From contig RHPI01002112.1 of the NCBI GenBank assembly GCA_009103225.1, positions 156,150-220,149 of the forward strand: a stretch of 64,000 nucleotides of DNA, given 5' to 3'. Below the pieces are notes generated by a model, which saw nothing but the letters and a program-made list of their open reading frames with translations, was not told the origin of the DNA and made no database searches. Source of the DNA: Chlorokybus atmophyticus (Eukaryota > Plantae > Mesostigma and Chlorokybus algae). Positions 47,549 through 59,095 of this stretch are shown here, piece after piece; position 1 is the stretch's first letter; each line of letters starts with the position of its first letter. The position numbers were made by a program, and so were the translations under genes.

Positions 47549-48760
47549 TGCGTGTGGTGTTGAATTATGTTATCACTTTGCCTTATGACCTGAAGGAGAT
47601 GATCTTGGCGGTGTGAGTGATAGTCAATAGCAATGTGGCCATTCTGCCGCAAACAATGAATCCTCCTCACAAGAACAGGCAAGAGAGTCGAGACAACACC
47701 ACAAGTAATCTGTCTTGTGCACAATCGTGCTTGACGCTGTTGCACAAAACGTTGATTGCAGGCATGCCACACTGCAACTAACATTAACGGCTGCAGTCTC
47801 CCTGAGCACAAGCCCAACCGCCTGTACTTCTGTTTAAACAAATCCAAGGTTTACGTGCGCAAGCGCAGCACGAAGGAAGGTGTGTTGTTGATCTGTCCAC
47901 CTAGTGGCCGAAGCCTGGATGGAAAAGCATCCCTTTAGGCATGCATCCAAGGCTGTTCACAGCACGCAACACACGCTGTACAGTTGAGAAACTATTCTGT
48001 ACACACTGCACATGCTATTTAGGAACCAAACTGTGCTTGCAGGTTGGTAGGTCGGATGTGCAAACCAAGGCTTCCGAGGTGATGCATCCGGCTAGCGGCG
48101 TAACGAAAGATTGATGCCACATATGTTGACTGTGTTGAAGCTGATCATTAGCAAGCATGTTTATTGTGACTACCTTAGATGTGGGTGATTAGGTTGACGG
48201 TGCGCTTGCAAAGCCACTCAACATGGGCTAGTGGAACAGCACGCGCGCAGCGGCTCATATTGTAATTGAGGTAAAGCTGCTTGACAAGGTGTTTGCAATG
48301 TGTCCAAACTTTCATCCAAGAGTGCATTAATGAACTTGTATTTGTGCAAAATGGGCATTGTCATGGGCAGGTGGCTAATGGGCGCAATAGGGAGGTATTG
48401 CTAGCTGTTTAAAAATATCGTTTTTCAAGCGTCATGTTTAAGCGCAGGTGCATAAGAGGACATATCATTGCGCAAGCTGCTGTAAGGCTTTTAGCCCTAA
48501 TGTTACAATCTGTTTTATGCCTTGGATGCATTGCACAACCAGTGCAAGTCTTACATGTTAAAATTGCCACGCTGTTTGTTGTTGGGTATTGTGATGCAGT
48601 CCGGGGCAGTTCACCGTAATGCGCTCATGACGTGAGGTGAAGTCAATTTTCAACAAGGCAGCACATCCCAGCTTTGAGACCACTATCCGTCCCGACTGAA
48701 GCGCTTGTCATTACATGGAATGGTGCCTTTCACGTGCAGTGCACACAGCAGCTGCCGCTG
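47549..48760 (+). pseudogene. Pseudouridine synthase pseudogene, exons 3-8 remnant (right half), unprocessed duplicate
   Basis: Collinear with 55980-57300, introns retained: EMILAV*VIVNSNVAILPQTM, INGCSLPEHKPNRLYFCLNKSK, VGRSDVQT (catalytic GRLD altered), VDGAL, VANGRNREV, GQFT. Multiple deletions and stops. Confidence 0.9.
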
Positions 48761-49197
48761 GTGCATTAACAGCTGTGGTGAACTCTCCTATTGTGAAGTA
48801 ATATTGCCAATCCAGTAATGAGTTGTCTTTGCGTCTGCTCTTGTGCATTATTCGTTTGAATTGATGAGAGCCTGCGATATGCATAGAATAGCAGCTTGGC
48901 GTGGCTCTAAGATATGTAGATTTGTACCGCTCGCCCGTCCATCATGCAAAAGTTAGCACGCCCAGGTCCTCAGCGGTAATCTTCGTGGAGGGCTTTGCAG
49001 GGGGTGGGAATACTCATCCATCTCTACATGCGGGTGGATTACCAGTCTATGGATGGTTTGACTACTGGTATTGTACATTAATCTTCAAGACTATTCTACA
49101 CATGCATACACTGCTTTGGCGGTGAATGCAGGTGTATAATAGTCTTGGCACACATTCAATATGTTGAACACCAGCATGCATGCAAGGTTACCAATTA

Positions 49198-49319
49198 CAC
49201 ATACTTTGGTCAAGCAGCAGCCACCACCGGGCACCACTACTCCGTCTACGTTTGCATGCATGCTAGTGTAGACCGAGTAGTGGCACCCGGTGGTGGCTGC
49301 TGTTTGACCAAGGTATGTG
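49198..49319. other. Long imperfect inverted repeat (~52-bp stem, ~18-nt loop)
   Basis: CACATACTTTGGTCAAGCAGCAGCCACCACCGGGCACCACTACTCCGTCTAC (49198-49249) pairs with GTAGACCGAGTAGTGGCACCCGGTGGTGGCTGCTGTTTGACCAAGGTATGTG (49268-49319), with about 5 mismatches. Confidence 0.9.
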
Positions 49320-51184
49320 TGCAAGGCAGCCTGCGACCTAACCAATTACGTATCCCACCCTATTGTCACACATTTAACATGTGCGAGAACACTGTGCTTT
49401 GCTTGAGCATGTATGCACGTTGCTTGCCATTAAGTGCGGCCGCATCAGATAGCAGTACAAGTCATGTGCCCATGGGCCAGTGCTGGTTCTGTATACACGT
49501 GCAGCAATGTGTACAGGAAATCGCAGACGCTATCGTATGCACAACTGGTATATGCAAGGTGTCAATGCATGCATATGTGTTGTACATAATGCGTCAAGAA
49601 TGTGCACGCAATTGCATTTGTTCGCGTGCACACAAGCTTACTACATACGAGAGGACCACTACTATGTACATATTTAACGCGACCTCAAGCACCTGTGCAG
49701 CGAGAGAGGGTGAGAGCAATGCTGACGTTGGCAGTGCAAGGATTACCACGTGGGGAGGAGAGCAGGGTACAGGAGAGTGGGGGCGTAGAGTTGGTAAAAG
49801 CGGAGGGGAGCTCGAGTCGTACTATTGCTGCTGCTGTGATGGCCATGGTGTGACAACAAGGATTAACAACCCGCCCTGTGGGCAGGTAATTGGCTGTACT
49901 TGTATACATGCGTGACGCACGGGGCCGGTCGATAGTGTTGTTGGTTACGCAATAAGTAATTGATGTAGCGGTAACTGAAACTACGTACAGCTTGATGGTC
50001 GTGTACCTGCCTATCGCACAAAAGTAGAAGCCAGCAACTTAGTCTGCAAGAAACTGTCATGGTAATTGCATAACAATGGTTGTTGAACCCAGCACATTGT
50101 TGAGGGTTGACAAAACAACAGTGTGCATCAACTGAAAAGGTTGCTTCCGAAGCAACTGGCTGGTCATAATCAATGACCAGCGAGGTCAAAAGCATTGGGC
50201 AGAACATGAAGTACTGCTAGAGGCACTTACCAACGGACAAATTCTTTACAATGTTGAGTATACAGCACAAGCTTGGTTGTTTACTACAAAGCAGACATGC
50301 TTCCTAACCCCGCACAACCACCATCTGTGTTAACCGCCTGCCAATGGCGGCAAGCCAAGTTCATGCCATCGTCTCATACTAGCCCGAATCTACCCACTCA
50401 TCGTGAACGTCTTCATACTCCACGTCAGCCTCATGGATCCCGTACGGGTCGGGACTCTCCTTCTTGCACTTGGGATTTTACGAGAAGCCGCGCTGCTTCT
50501 CGCGGATGAATAGACGCTGCGCCTTGTCTTTGTCTACGCCAAACACAGCCGCGAGGTATGCTGCGCTTTTAATGAAACAGCCTTCAATATGTTGTCGGGA
50601 CATGTTTGTGTTGACGTGTATATTTGGAAGAATGTCTGCATGCCCAAGTGCTTATACACACATTATGCATTCCTTCTTACATCTTTTGTACACTGCTTGG
50701 CTTGGCATGTATACCTGAAAGGGATACCGTCTTATCTTCAGCACAGCCGTGGAAGCCAATGATCTCTGCCTTTTTATTGCATGGCGTGATGACGACATGT
50801 GGATGGCCCTGTACAAGCAGTGTGTGACGCAATTGCGTGCAAGCGTCATTGTTGCTGAAGCGATGTGCACTTGCTATACTCTCTGGTACCATAGACTGGA
50901 AAATAACTCACCGGTGGCACAATGAAGACATTGCCCTTTATCAGCTCCATGTTGCGCATAATATAGCCTTTCGGGTCGATAAGTGTCAGCTTCAGCTTGC
51001 CCTTTTAGACAATGCTGATTGACACCATGGTGAGATGCAAGTGCGGCAGGCGCATAGAGCCCTGTGCACAGCTTTGAGTTAAGCAGGCACGTACGCTCAC
51101 ATGCTTATATATATATACACATATTCATCTCAATCCCCCTTTCGTAATGACACATGCGCATGACACACTCATGCACATAAACAC

Positions 51185-52813
51185 CGTCGCAAATTGTTTC
51201 CCCTGCCGGCCGATGAAATATTGGCAACGGCCGTGTACGTGGACTGTCGTACCTCAGTCCACCTGTAATCTCGACACAGAGACCTAACTATAACGACCGT
51301 CACCATCAGTCGGCGGCCGTTTTTGTAATGGGACTGACCTAGACTGACAGGTACCTGTTAAATACCCATCAGTCAAGCAAAGGGGACTTGACCTAACTAA
51401 CCGGTACCCAACAGTTAGGTACCGGCGACTGTACCTCGAAGGTACCCAACTATCAGGTACATTTGGGGTACCTTATGGTACCTTATGGTACCTTCAAGGT
51501 ACCTGACGTCACTGTCCCCAATACCTATCAGGTACCATTCAGTCACGAGCAGGTACTGCATGTGATTGTCGTCAACTGTGAGTGACGGCGAGTCACAAAT
51601 ATATAATATAATACAATAACTTGACTGATTACAAATATATAATATGATGAATATATAATAACAGTAAACATTGTAACATGTTGCTACGCTACAATGTAAA
51701 CTACATTGAGCTACCACTACTACTACTACCACTACTACTACAACATTGAGCTACTACTATTACTACCCTATATACTCTACCCTTATACTTAGCCGCCGCT
51801 CCTCCACTCTCCACTCCTCCGCGCCGCCGCTCCTCCGCCGCCCTCGCCGCTCCTCCTCCGCTTGGCCTGGTCGGCAAGAAGGGCGTCAACACAACGGCAT
51901 CATACACACACAAAGAAACTCACCTACCATGCCGCCGCCGCCGCCGCCGCCGCCGCCGCTTGGCCTTGCCTGGCCTGGCCTGTAAGAAGGGCGGGTTGCG
52001 CTATTGCACTTAACGTAACGCCAGCATGCACATGCAACTCAACTACTATGTGTACACACATATACACAAACTCACCAACCGTGCCGCCACTGCCGCCGCC
52101 ACCACTGCCAACGCCACCGCCGCCCTCGCCGCCGCCGCCGCCGCACAAATGTCCTTGTAAATGAAGCCGTTCAGCGTTTGAAACGCAGCTTCGTTTCAAA
52201 CGCTCAACGTCTTCAAGTTCAATGGTACAGTCGTACCACCAAAATGGTACGACTGCACCGTGTACCATTAAATGATAAGTACCGTATAGGGAACTTTGAT
52301 GGGAATGTTGTACCATCGCAATGGTACTATTGCTCCATTAAGTGTGCCGAGTATAACTAACCGGACTGACAGGTACTCGCCGCCATCGCTCGTCCCTCTT
52401 AGGAGACTTAGTTGAGATTGAGTGGTCACTTTGTTGCCAATGTAGGTTAGTCGCCGCCGCGGCTTATGTACGGCCGACGGCCGGCCGCGGGTCAACCCGA
52501 CTCACCGGTATCGACCGCCGCCATTAGGGGCCTGAATATACACTTAATTGCCATTACAGGTAGGTCGCCGTTACGGAAGCAGTATGACCGGTGGTCGGCC
52601 ATCAACATATGTTGATGTCGCGTCATCGCCGGTAGGCAACAGTCCATTGTAATGTACGATCGGCGGTCGCCAATTGATTATTGTCCACAATACGCACCGG
52701 CAATTTATTCAGTCCCTTTGTGGCTCAAGTCGTTAGGTCCGTTAGGGTCAGATAGGGTCAGGCATCCAACAGTCCCTCCGTCTGTCGTCAGTCACTATGT
52801 AAAATTTGCAACG
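51185..52813 (-). mobile_element. 1.6 kb non-autonomous member of the same TIR family, inverted, in a bicupin intron
   Basis: Ends CGTCGCAAATT (51185) and AATTTGCAACG (52813), flanked by ACAC on both sides. The reverse complement of 51185-51237 aligns to 47496-47545; the reverse complement of ~52757-52813 aligns to ~32304-32360. The insertion is absent from the equivalent intron of bicupin copy 1. No credible ORF. Confidence 0.82.
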
Positions 52814-53064
52814 ACACACACACATATGTCCAACCTTTTTGACCATCATGTGGTCGACAATTAGGTCCGCTTTAATCGAGGGTGGGTGAGTCTTGGCGTT
52901 GCAGACGAGCAGCTCGCCATAGTCGTTCTGCTCTGGTGGTTTCATGCCGCCGATTGCATACGATTGGGTTGGACCCATAGTTGAGGCGAAAGGGCGACGA
53001 TATGCAGCTTGTCCTGAAACGCAATGCTAAATTTGTTGAGAATGTGGGGCTACCGTGTAGGTAA

Positions 53065-53096
53065 AAACCTTAACCTTAACCTTAACCTTAACCTTA
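53065..53096 (+). repeat. (AACCTT)5 telomere-like microsatellite in a bicupin intron
   Basis: aaccttaaccttaaccttaaccttaacctta. Confidence 0.85.
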
Positions 53097-55083
53097 CTTC
53101 TCACCATCTGCAGTGATGACTTGCACTCCTTATCAAACTTTAAGATGCGCGCATCAATGTCCTTCGTAAGCTCTTTTGCATGCAGCGCAATATAACATTA
53201 CACTACTAAGATGCACGCATACACGTGCACATGCGCATGTACATACACACATTTTCCAACAACAAGCAGCATTATAAACCCTCAGCCCGGTCTTTTACGT
53301 TCTTCAGGCTGATGTCGTATGCAGACGACAACACGTCCTCGCCGAAGCCCTTTCGAAGACGCTAGCCTCCATCATGTCAGTAGAATCGCTAACGAGCTTC
53401 CAACGTGGGGGTTCCTGGATGGAAGCGCCCTCCTTGGGCATTATACGCCTGCACGCAACATGCATGCAGGCGCCAAAAAAGTCGAGGCACGGGTCACCAT
53501 AATGCTGATAAAAAGAAAAGGGCTTGCAGACGGAAACTGCACTTCCGCGATGCACACGATCGTGCCCTTGCCTTTAATGGGGTTGTAGAGAGCATTGGCG
53601 TGGCTCGTAAGCACGATGACGGCGTCCTTGGCCTTCACCTTGGTGGCGTTCAGAGGCTTGCCGATTAAAGCACTCTTCCACATCAACTCTCCTGTATTGT
53701 TTGTGCAGAGACATGTGTCATGCACACTGGCATACATGCTAGTAAGCAACACGCAAACTTGCCTTCCTTGACAAAGCAGGCGTACGAGCCCTCGTCGTAG
53801 TAAGGCATGGTGGTGGCGCAAGACTCCAGCTCCATGGCGAAGATGCTGTAGCCCATCTATGCATGCCAAAGGCCTCAGCATTTTAGTGTTTTCATAAGAG
53901 TACGTGGCAATCACATGTGTGCCACCACGCAGGGTACAACACCCGCGTGTAATCAAATCTGCATTGTGTAACTACAACATCACCACTCCTTTTCACCTTC
54001 CCAGAGTCTAAAGCAGGCTATTGCGCTCCTTTCCACAAATGTGCTAGAACTTGCCAGCTTCCTCTTCGACAAGCGGCTTCATATCTTCGAAGCTATAGAC
54101 GTGCTCCTTCTCATCGTTGCTCAGAGGCTGAAAATATTTTTTGACTTGGTTTGCACAGCAAGCAAACCCCTTATATGGCATGCATGGGTGGCGCAAGTAT
54201 GGCAGATTTACCTAAATGCGTTGCTGCAAAGCCACAGAGAAGGAGAACAAAAATAGTGCAAGCAGAAGTGATGCCATCGCAGTTGCTGCTATGCTGCGAG
54301 CTATAGCTCACACAGTCGGACGCACACAAACGCGATGCAAGCAAGCCGATCTGAAGCGGTTGTTGCGTAAACTAACCAAGTTTCTGGTTTTTACACATGC
54401 CGTGCTTGTCTTTTACATCTAGCTGAAGTGTGTCTGCCTTTCGATACTTTAATGGGCTTTGAGTTAGGTGCGTCAGTTGCCACGTATGGCTTGGCCTTTT
54501 GGAGCGCTGCCATCACACTTAGCTCGCCAGTCTGTTACATGTTGACAGCTTGCGAGAAGCAGACCCACAACAGACTCAAAGTCTTTATGCAACAACTTGC
54601 TGCACCACACAGCTGCTGCTCTGAACAACGCTAGAAATTGCAGCAGTGTGTAACTGCTGCTCCACCACTTGTACCGACAGAGGTTGGCGCATGGCAAAAA
54701 GGCCAGGAGCTAACCAAGACGCGCAAACGAACACACATCAACGTTTAACAGGTTTAGAAGCACCACATGATGGGTCCTCACTTCACCGAGATTGATAATC
54801 CATCCATCAAAAGCAAAGCCTAGCAGCGGCAGTGAAGCTGAAAGCAGCCGATGCAAGCCTGGCAGACAAGCCTTGCAGTGGTACGTCACACATCCTGATG
54901 CCATTGGGGTGGAGTGCAAGCTGCTGGTGCGCTCAACCGCCGCCCAGCATCCAAGCTACCGTGCTTAGCTGCCGCACTGAGCGAGATTTGCACAGCTGAC
55001 ATGCAGCTTGCATGGCCCCGGTCAGAGGAAGCCTCGCTTACTGAGTGCCAGCAGCGGCTGGATTATGTCATAATTCATAAGTC

Positions 55084-57233
55084 ATGGCCGCCGTCGTCGC
55101 CGCCGCTGGCGTCGGGGTGGCTGCGGCCGGGGCGTCGGCGTCGCTGCGGCGGGGATGCTGCAGTGCCGCCTCCTCGGGGGTGGCCTCATGGACGGGGTTG
55201 AGGCGTCGGAGCGGGGGAGCAGGGGCGAGCGCGTGGCGGCGGGGGCTGCTTGGGTGGGAGCGACCACAGCAGCAGAGGCCCTGGAGGGCACCAACAGGCT
55301 TAGGGTTTGGGTCAGGATCAGGATTCACCAGCACTTCCGCCGCAGCAAGCTCGCCCGCAAAGGTTGCCCCGCGTGGGCCCCCAAAGGTGCGCTTGCTTTG
55401 TTTGCTCAGGCAATTGCCTCGTTTGCTTTTTAACCATTCATGTGTTGACACTAGTAAGGTTTTCCTTGTTAAAACGATCGGTCTGGTTACAGGTGTGCTC
55501 AATTCACACCCATCCCAACTACTAGCATGCATTGCTTTTTCCACACATACTACTCCACAAACAGGTGGTAGCAAGCTTTTTGCATACCAACAAGTTTTGT
55601 AATTCACACGGTTACTCATATGGCTCACATATCTTTTATTTTGTATCTCACAGCTGGTAGCCGTACTCATATGGTATGGACTGATGAGTGCATTCTGAGA
55701 GCAGATAGTCGCCCACAACGTGCTAAACTTTTGAGGCACCTCATCTCAGGGTGTCGTGCTGGTTTTTGTCCGAAACAAGTGTCGTGCCAGCATTACATTG
55801 CTGCACATGGCAAAGGGTATGAATTGAGTGCCATCCAACCGCTGGTGCTGCAGGGTGGCAAAGCAGCACGCCGCGCTTTTAGCAAAGAACGGCAGGAGGA
55901 GCGTTTGGCCAAAATCCTCGCGGCTGCCGGTGGTAAGTTGTTGCAAAGGAGTGCAGCAAAGGCAGGATGTGGTTGCTGAGTTGCGTGTTCGTGTCGCTGA
56001 TGTCATCACCTTTTGACAGTGGCCTCAAGGAGAGCAAGCGAGGAGATTATCTTTGCGGGGCGAGTGACAGTTAATGGCAGTGTCGTTACACTGCCACAAA
56101 CAATGGTGGACGCTCGCAAAGACAGGCAAGAGATCAGACATTAGACTTTTTCGGCTTGCGCACTTGTGTGCTTGACACTTTTGTACATAACAGTCATTGA
56201 ACGCTCGCCACAATGCAGCATATATGTGGACGGCCGCAGTCTCCCCAAGCGCGAGCCCGACCGTCTGTACTTCTGCTTAAACAAGCCCAAGGGTTACATT
56301 TGCACGAGCAGCACGAAAGAGGGCGGGAGCAGGCGCGTCGTTGATCTGTTTGACGAATGGCTTGATGTCTGGATGGAAAAGCACCCCGGAGGCATGCGCC
56401 CAAGGCTTTTTACAGTACGCACAGAACTATTGTACTGTATTGTATTGTACAACTGTTGTGGACACGCTGCTCAGGATAGATGACATGCGCTCGCAGGTCG
56501 GCAGGTTGGATGTGCAAACGACGGGTCTTCTGCTCGTGACCAACGACGGCGACTGGGCTCAGGAGGTGATGCATCCGTCCAGCGGCGTCACGAAGGAGTA
56601 CATTGCCACCACGGACGTGCCTCCTACGCGCCGCCAGCTCGCCACCATCGAACAAGGCTGCGAGGCAAGCAGGCAGCATTGTTCAGTACTTGGAAATCAG
56701 CAAGCAGCATTTTGTGACCTATCTTTCAATGGGTGATCAGGTTGACGGAGCGTTTGTGAAGCCAGTTTATGTTGGGCTCGTAGAACAGGACCCTCGCAGT
56801 GCTTCTCGTGTCGTGATTGAGGTAAAACTTGCTGATTGGGTGTCTGCAACCTGTTAACGCTTGCATCTGGGAGCACATTGTTGAACTTTTTGTGCATATT
56901 ACTGTGATGCGCAGGTGGCGGATGGGCGCAATAGAGAGGTCCGGCGGCTGATCGAGAATGCCGGCCTGCAAGCGATCAAGTTGAAGCGCACGCGCATAGG
57001 AGGACTGCGATTGTCACGCAAACTGCTGTAAGTCTTTTTGCCCACTCGTCTGAAGCCCTGGATGCCCTGCACAGCCAGTGTAAGTCTGGCATGTTCAATT
57101 GCCATGCTGTTTGATGTGTTGGGTTTGTTGATACAGTCCAGGGCAGTTCACCGCGATATACTCGCATGAGGTGAAGCAAGTGCTGAACAAGGCGGCACAG
57201 TCCAGCTTCGCTACCACTATTGTTCCCCATTGA
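55084..57233 (+). CDS. SVR1: RsuA/RluB-family rRNA pseudouridine synthase with S4 domain, probably plastid-targeted (SVR1-like), 8 exons
   Basis: Ala/Arg/Ser-rich transit-like leader; ERLAKILAAAGVASRRASEEIIFAGRVTVNG (S4); YFCLNKPKGYICT; VGRLDVQTTGLLLVTNDG (catalytic Asp); MHPSSGVTKEY; DGRNREVRRLIE..LKRTRIGGL. TGA at 57231-57233. The symbol comes from family resemblance only. Confidence 0.92.
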
Positions 57234-59095
57234 AGCGCTTCCTACAGTGTGGAACGGTGCCTTTCACACGTAACATACAGCAGCTGGCGCTGGTGATTAC
57301 CAGCAGTGGTGACCTTCCCGAACAAAGCGACTGCCAATGCGGTACTAAGTGGCTTGGCTTGGCTTGGCTCTTCTGCATCAATGGTATACGTCCTGGTTGC
57401 TTCTAAGGCCTGTGTTTGCACAGAATGGCAGCTTATCGTGGCCCATATGCATGTGGACGCCTCCGAAGCTGGCGGCTATTGCTCGGTACAATGCCAAGCC
57501 TTTCCAAGCGCAGCCATGTGGTACTAGTTTAATCATACTACTGATGCTCATATGTAGCATCAAATGCAGTGAACAATGTGTTCGGTCCCGTATGCACCCA
57601 CGTAGTTTCTTGATATGTTGCTGATTGCATCCAGTCGTAAGAAGCCGCATTTCTCTTAGCTGTGCACCAGCGTGCATGCCGCCATTACGAAGTAGCTGCA
57701 AGGTTGCGCTGCGCTTGGCATGAAGCAATTGCTATGTGTGCCTATCTGCGGTGGCTCGTTGCGCATCTGAGAAGGATGGTTGGTGTACTGCCAGTAGTTG
57801 CGACGCGCAGCTGCCGTCTTTGACATGCAATGTTCTATTAGGCACACAGTGCAGTAAGCTGTGGTGCACACAATTGTCATGTCAACTGACCCGCTTGTTA
57901 GAAGAGTAAAGGGTTGACACTGGTCACCACAAGTGCAGTCTCAAACATCAACACACTAATTCGGTACACAAGTGGTTGGAAGGTTGTTCCAAACAATGTA
58001 TGCCATTGGCGACCATGTTCTCGCTGTAATTTAGGGAGCAGCAATAGATCGCACAAAAACTGTCTTGTGTTTATACAACGGTTTCACATTCAGTCAGCAC
58101 TGTAAGCTAGTTAACTGCACAGTAAGCGCTGGCCATCACCATGACATAAAGCAAAAGAGTGCAAGATGTAGAAAAGCAAGCCACACACGCAAACAATAGC
58201 ACTAACAACAAGCGGGGNNNNNNNNNNNNNNNNNNNNNNNNNNNNNNNNNNNNNNNNNNNNNNNNNNNNNNNNNNNNNNNNNNNNNNNNNNNNNNNNNNN
58301 NNNNNNNNNNNNNNNNNNNNNNNNNNNNNNNNNNNNNNNNNNNNNNNNNNNNNNNNNNNNNNNNNNNNNNNNNNNNNNNNNNNNNNNNNNNNNNNNNNNN
58401 NNNNNNNNNNNNNNNNNNNNNNNNNNNNNNNNNNNNNNNNNNNNNNNNNNNNNNNNNNNNNNNNNNNNNNNNNNNNNNNNNNNNNNNNNNNNNNNNNNNN
58501 NNNNNNNNNNNNNNNNNNNNNNNNNNNNNNNNNNNNNNNNNNNNNNNNNNNNNNNNNNNNNNNNNNNNNNNNNNNNNNNNNNNNNNNNNNNNNNNNNNNN
58601 NNNNNNNNNNNNNNNNNNNNNNNNNNNNNNNNCTGCAGCAGCCGCTTTAGAGGAGGGGGGGGGGGACCAGTACTGGGACTGCCAACGCCTAGGACAACAA
58701 CTATGACAAAGACAGGTGGCTAGAGGCAGGCAGGCAGTGGGCATGAACGACCGGGTGGGATTACCTGTGCAGCAACCCTGACGTCAGGCTGGGTCCAAAA
58801 GCAGCAGTCCACGACGATGACATGATGGCATGCTGCATGCCACTGAACACAAAGCACTGCATACTTGCTCAATTGGCGCGAGAACAACAGCATTACTTCC
58901 ATGCTTGCAACATAGCTCAATGCCCACTAGCCAGGTAACATACCAGCTGCAAGCTCTTCACTCACGGCCAACTAATATTGGCAACAGTGGTTTACAGGTG
59001 TCCATGCTCACCAGCTGACAAAAGGACAGCTGTTACACCTAACAGTGGCTTATATATGTATATGCTGCAGTGTTGACACCGTAACTCTGCAGTTG

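Larger units (their letters stand above)
50478..54904 (-). pseudogene. Bicupin of the vicilin/legumin/germin superfamily, copy 2; near full-length but with a stop and apparent frameshifts
   Basis: Cupin 1: HVYSFEDMKPLVEEEAG, GYSIFAMELESCATTMPYYDEGSYACFVKEG, KVKAKDAVIV, RKGFGEDVLSSAYDISL. Cupin 2: EQNDYGELLV, GSMRLPHLH..IV*KGKLKLTL, LIKGNVFIVPPGHPHVVITP..EIIGF, YLAAVFGVDKDKAQRLF. TAA at 51005-51007. 5' end uncertain. Confidence 0.75.

Noticed and set aside
49145-49915. 256-aa ORF in the spacer
   Set aside because: Cys/His/Met-rich composition typical of non-coding TGCA-rich DNA here; it overlaps the inverted repeat and has no recognisable motif.
35398-51007. Non-standard genetic code (TAA/TAG = Gln, as in some ulvophytes) to explain in-frame stops
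   Set aside because: Intact host genes end in TAA (AsnRS, JTB-like) and TAG (sigma, NASP), and the disrupted genes also carry TGA stops and frameshifts.
53065-53096. Interstitial telomere or chromosome-fusion scar
   Set aside because: The unit is AACCTT rather than AACCCT/AAACCCT, has only five copies, lies within an intron and is absent from the paralogous intron; a simple microsatellite.
58159-58744. ORFs spanning N runs (also 16299-16536, 18001-18504, 63507-63966)
   Set aside because: Open only because Ns contain no stop codons.
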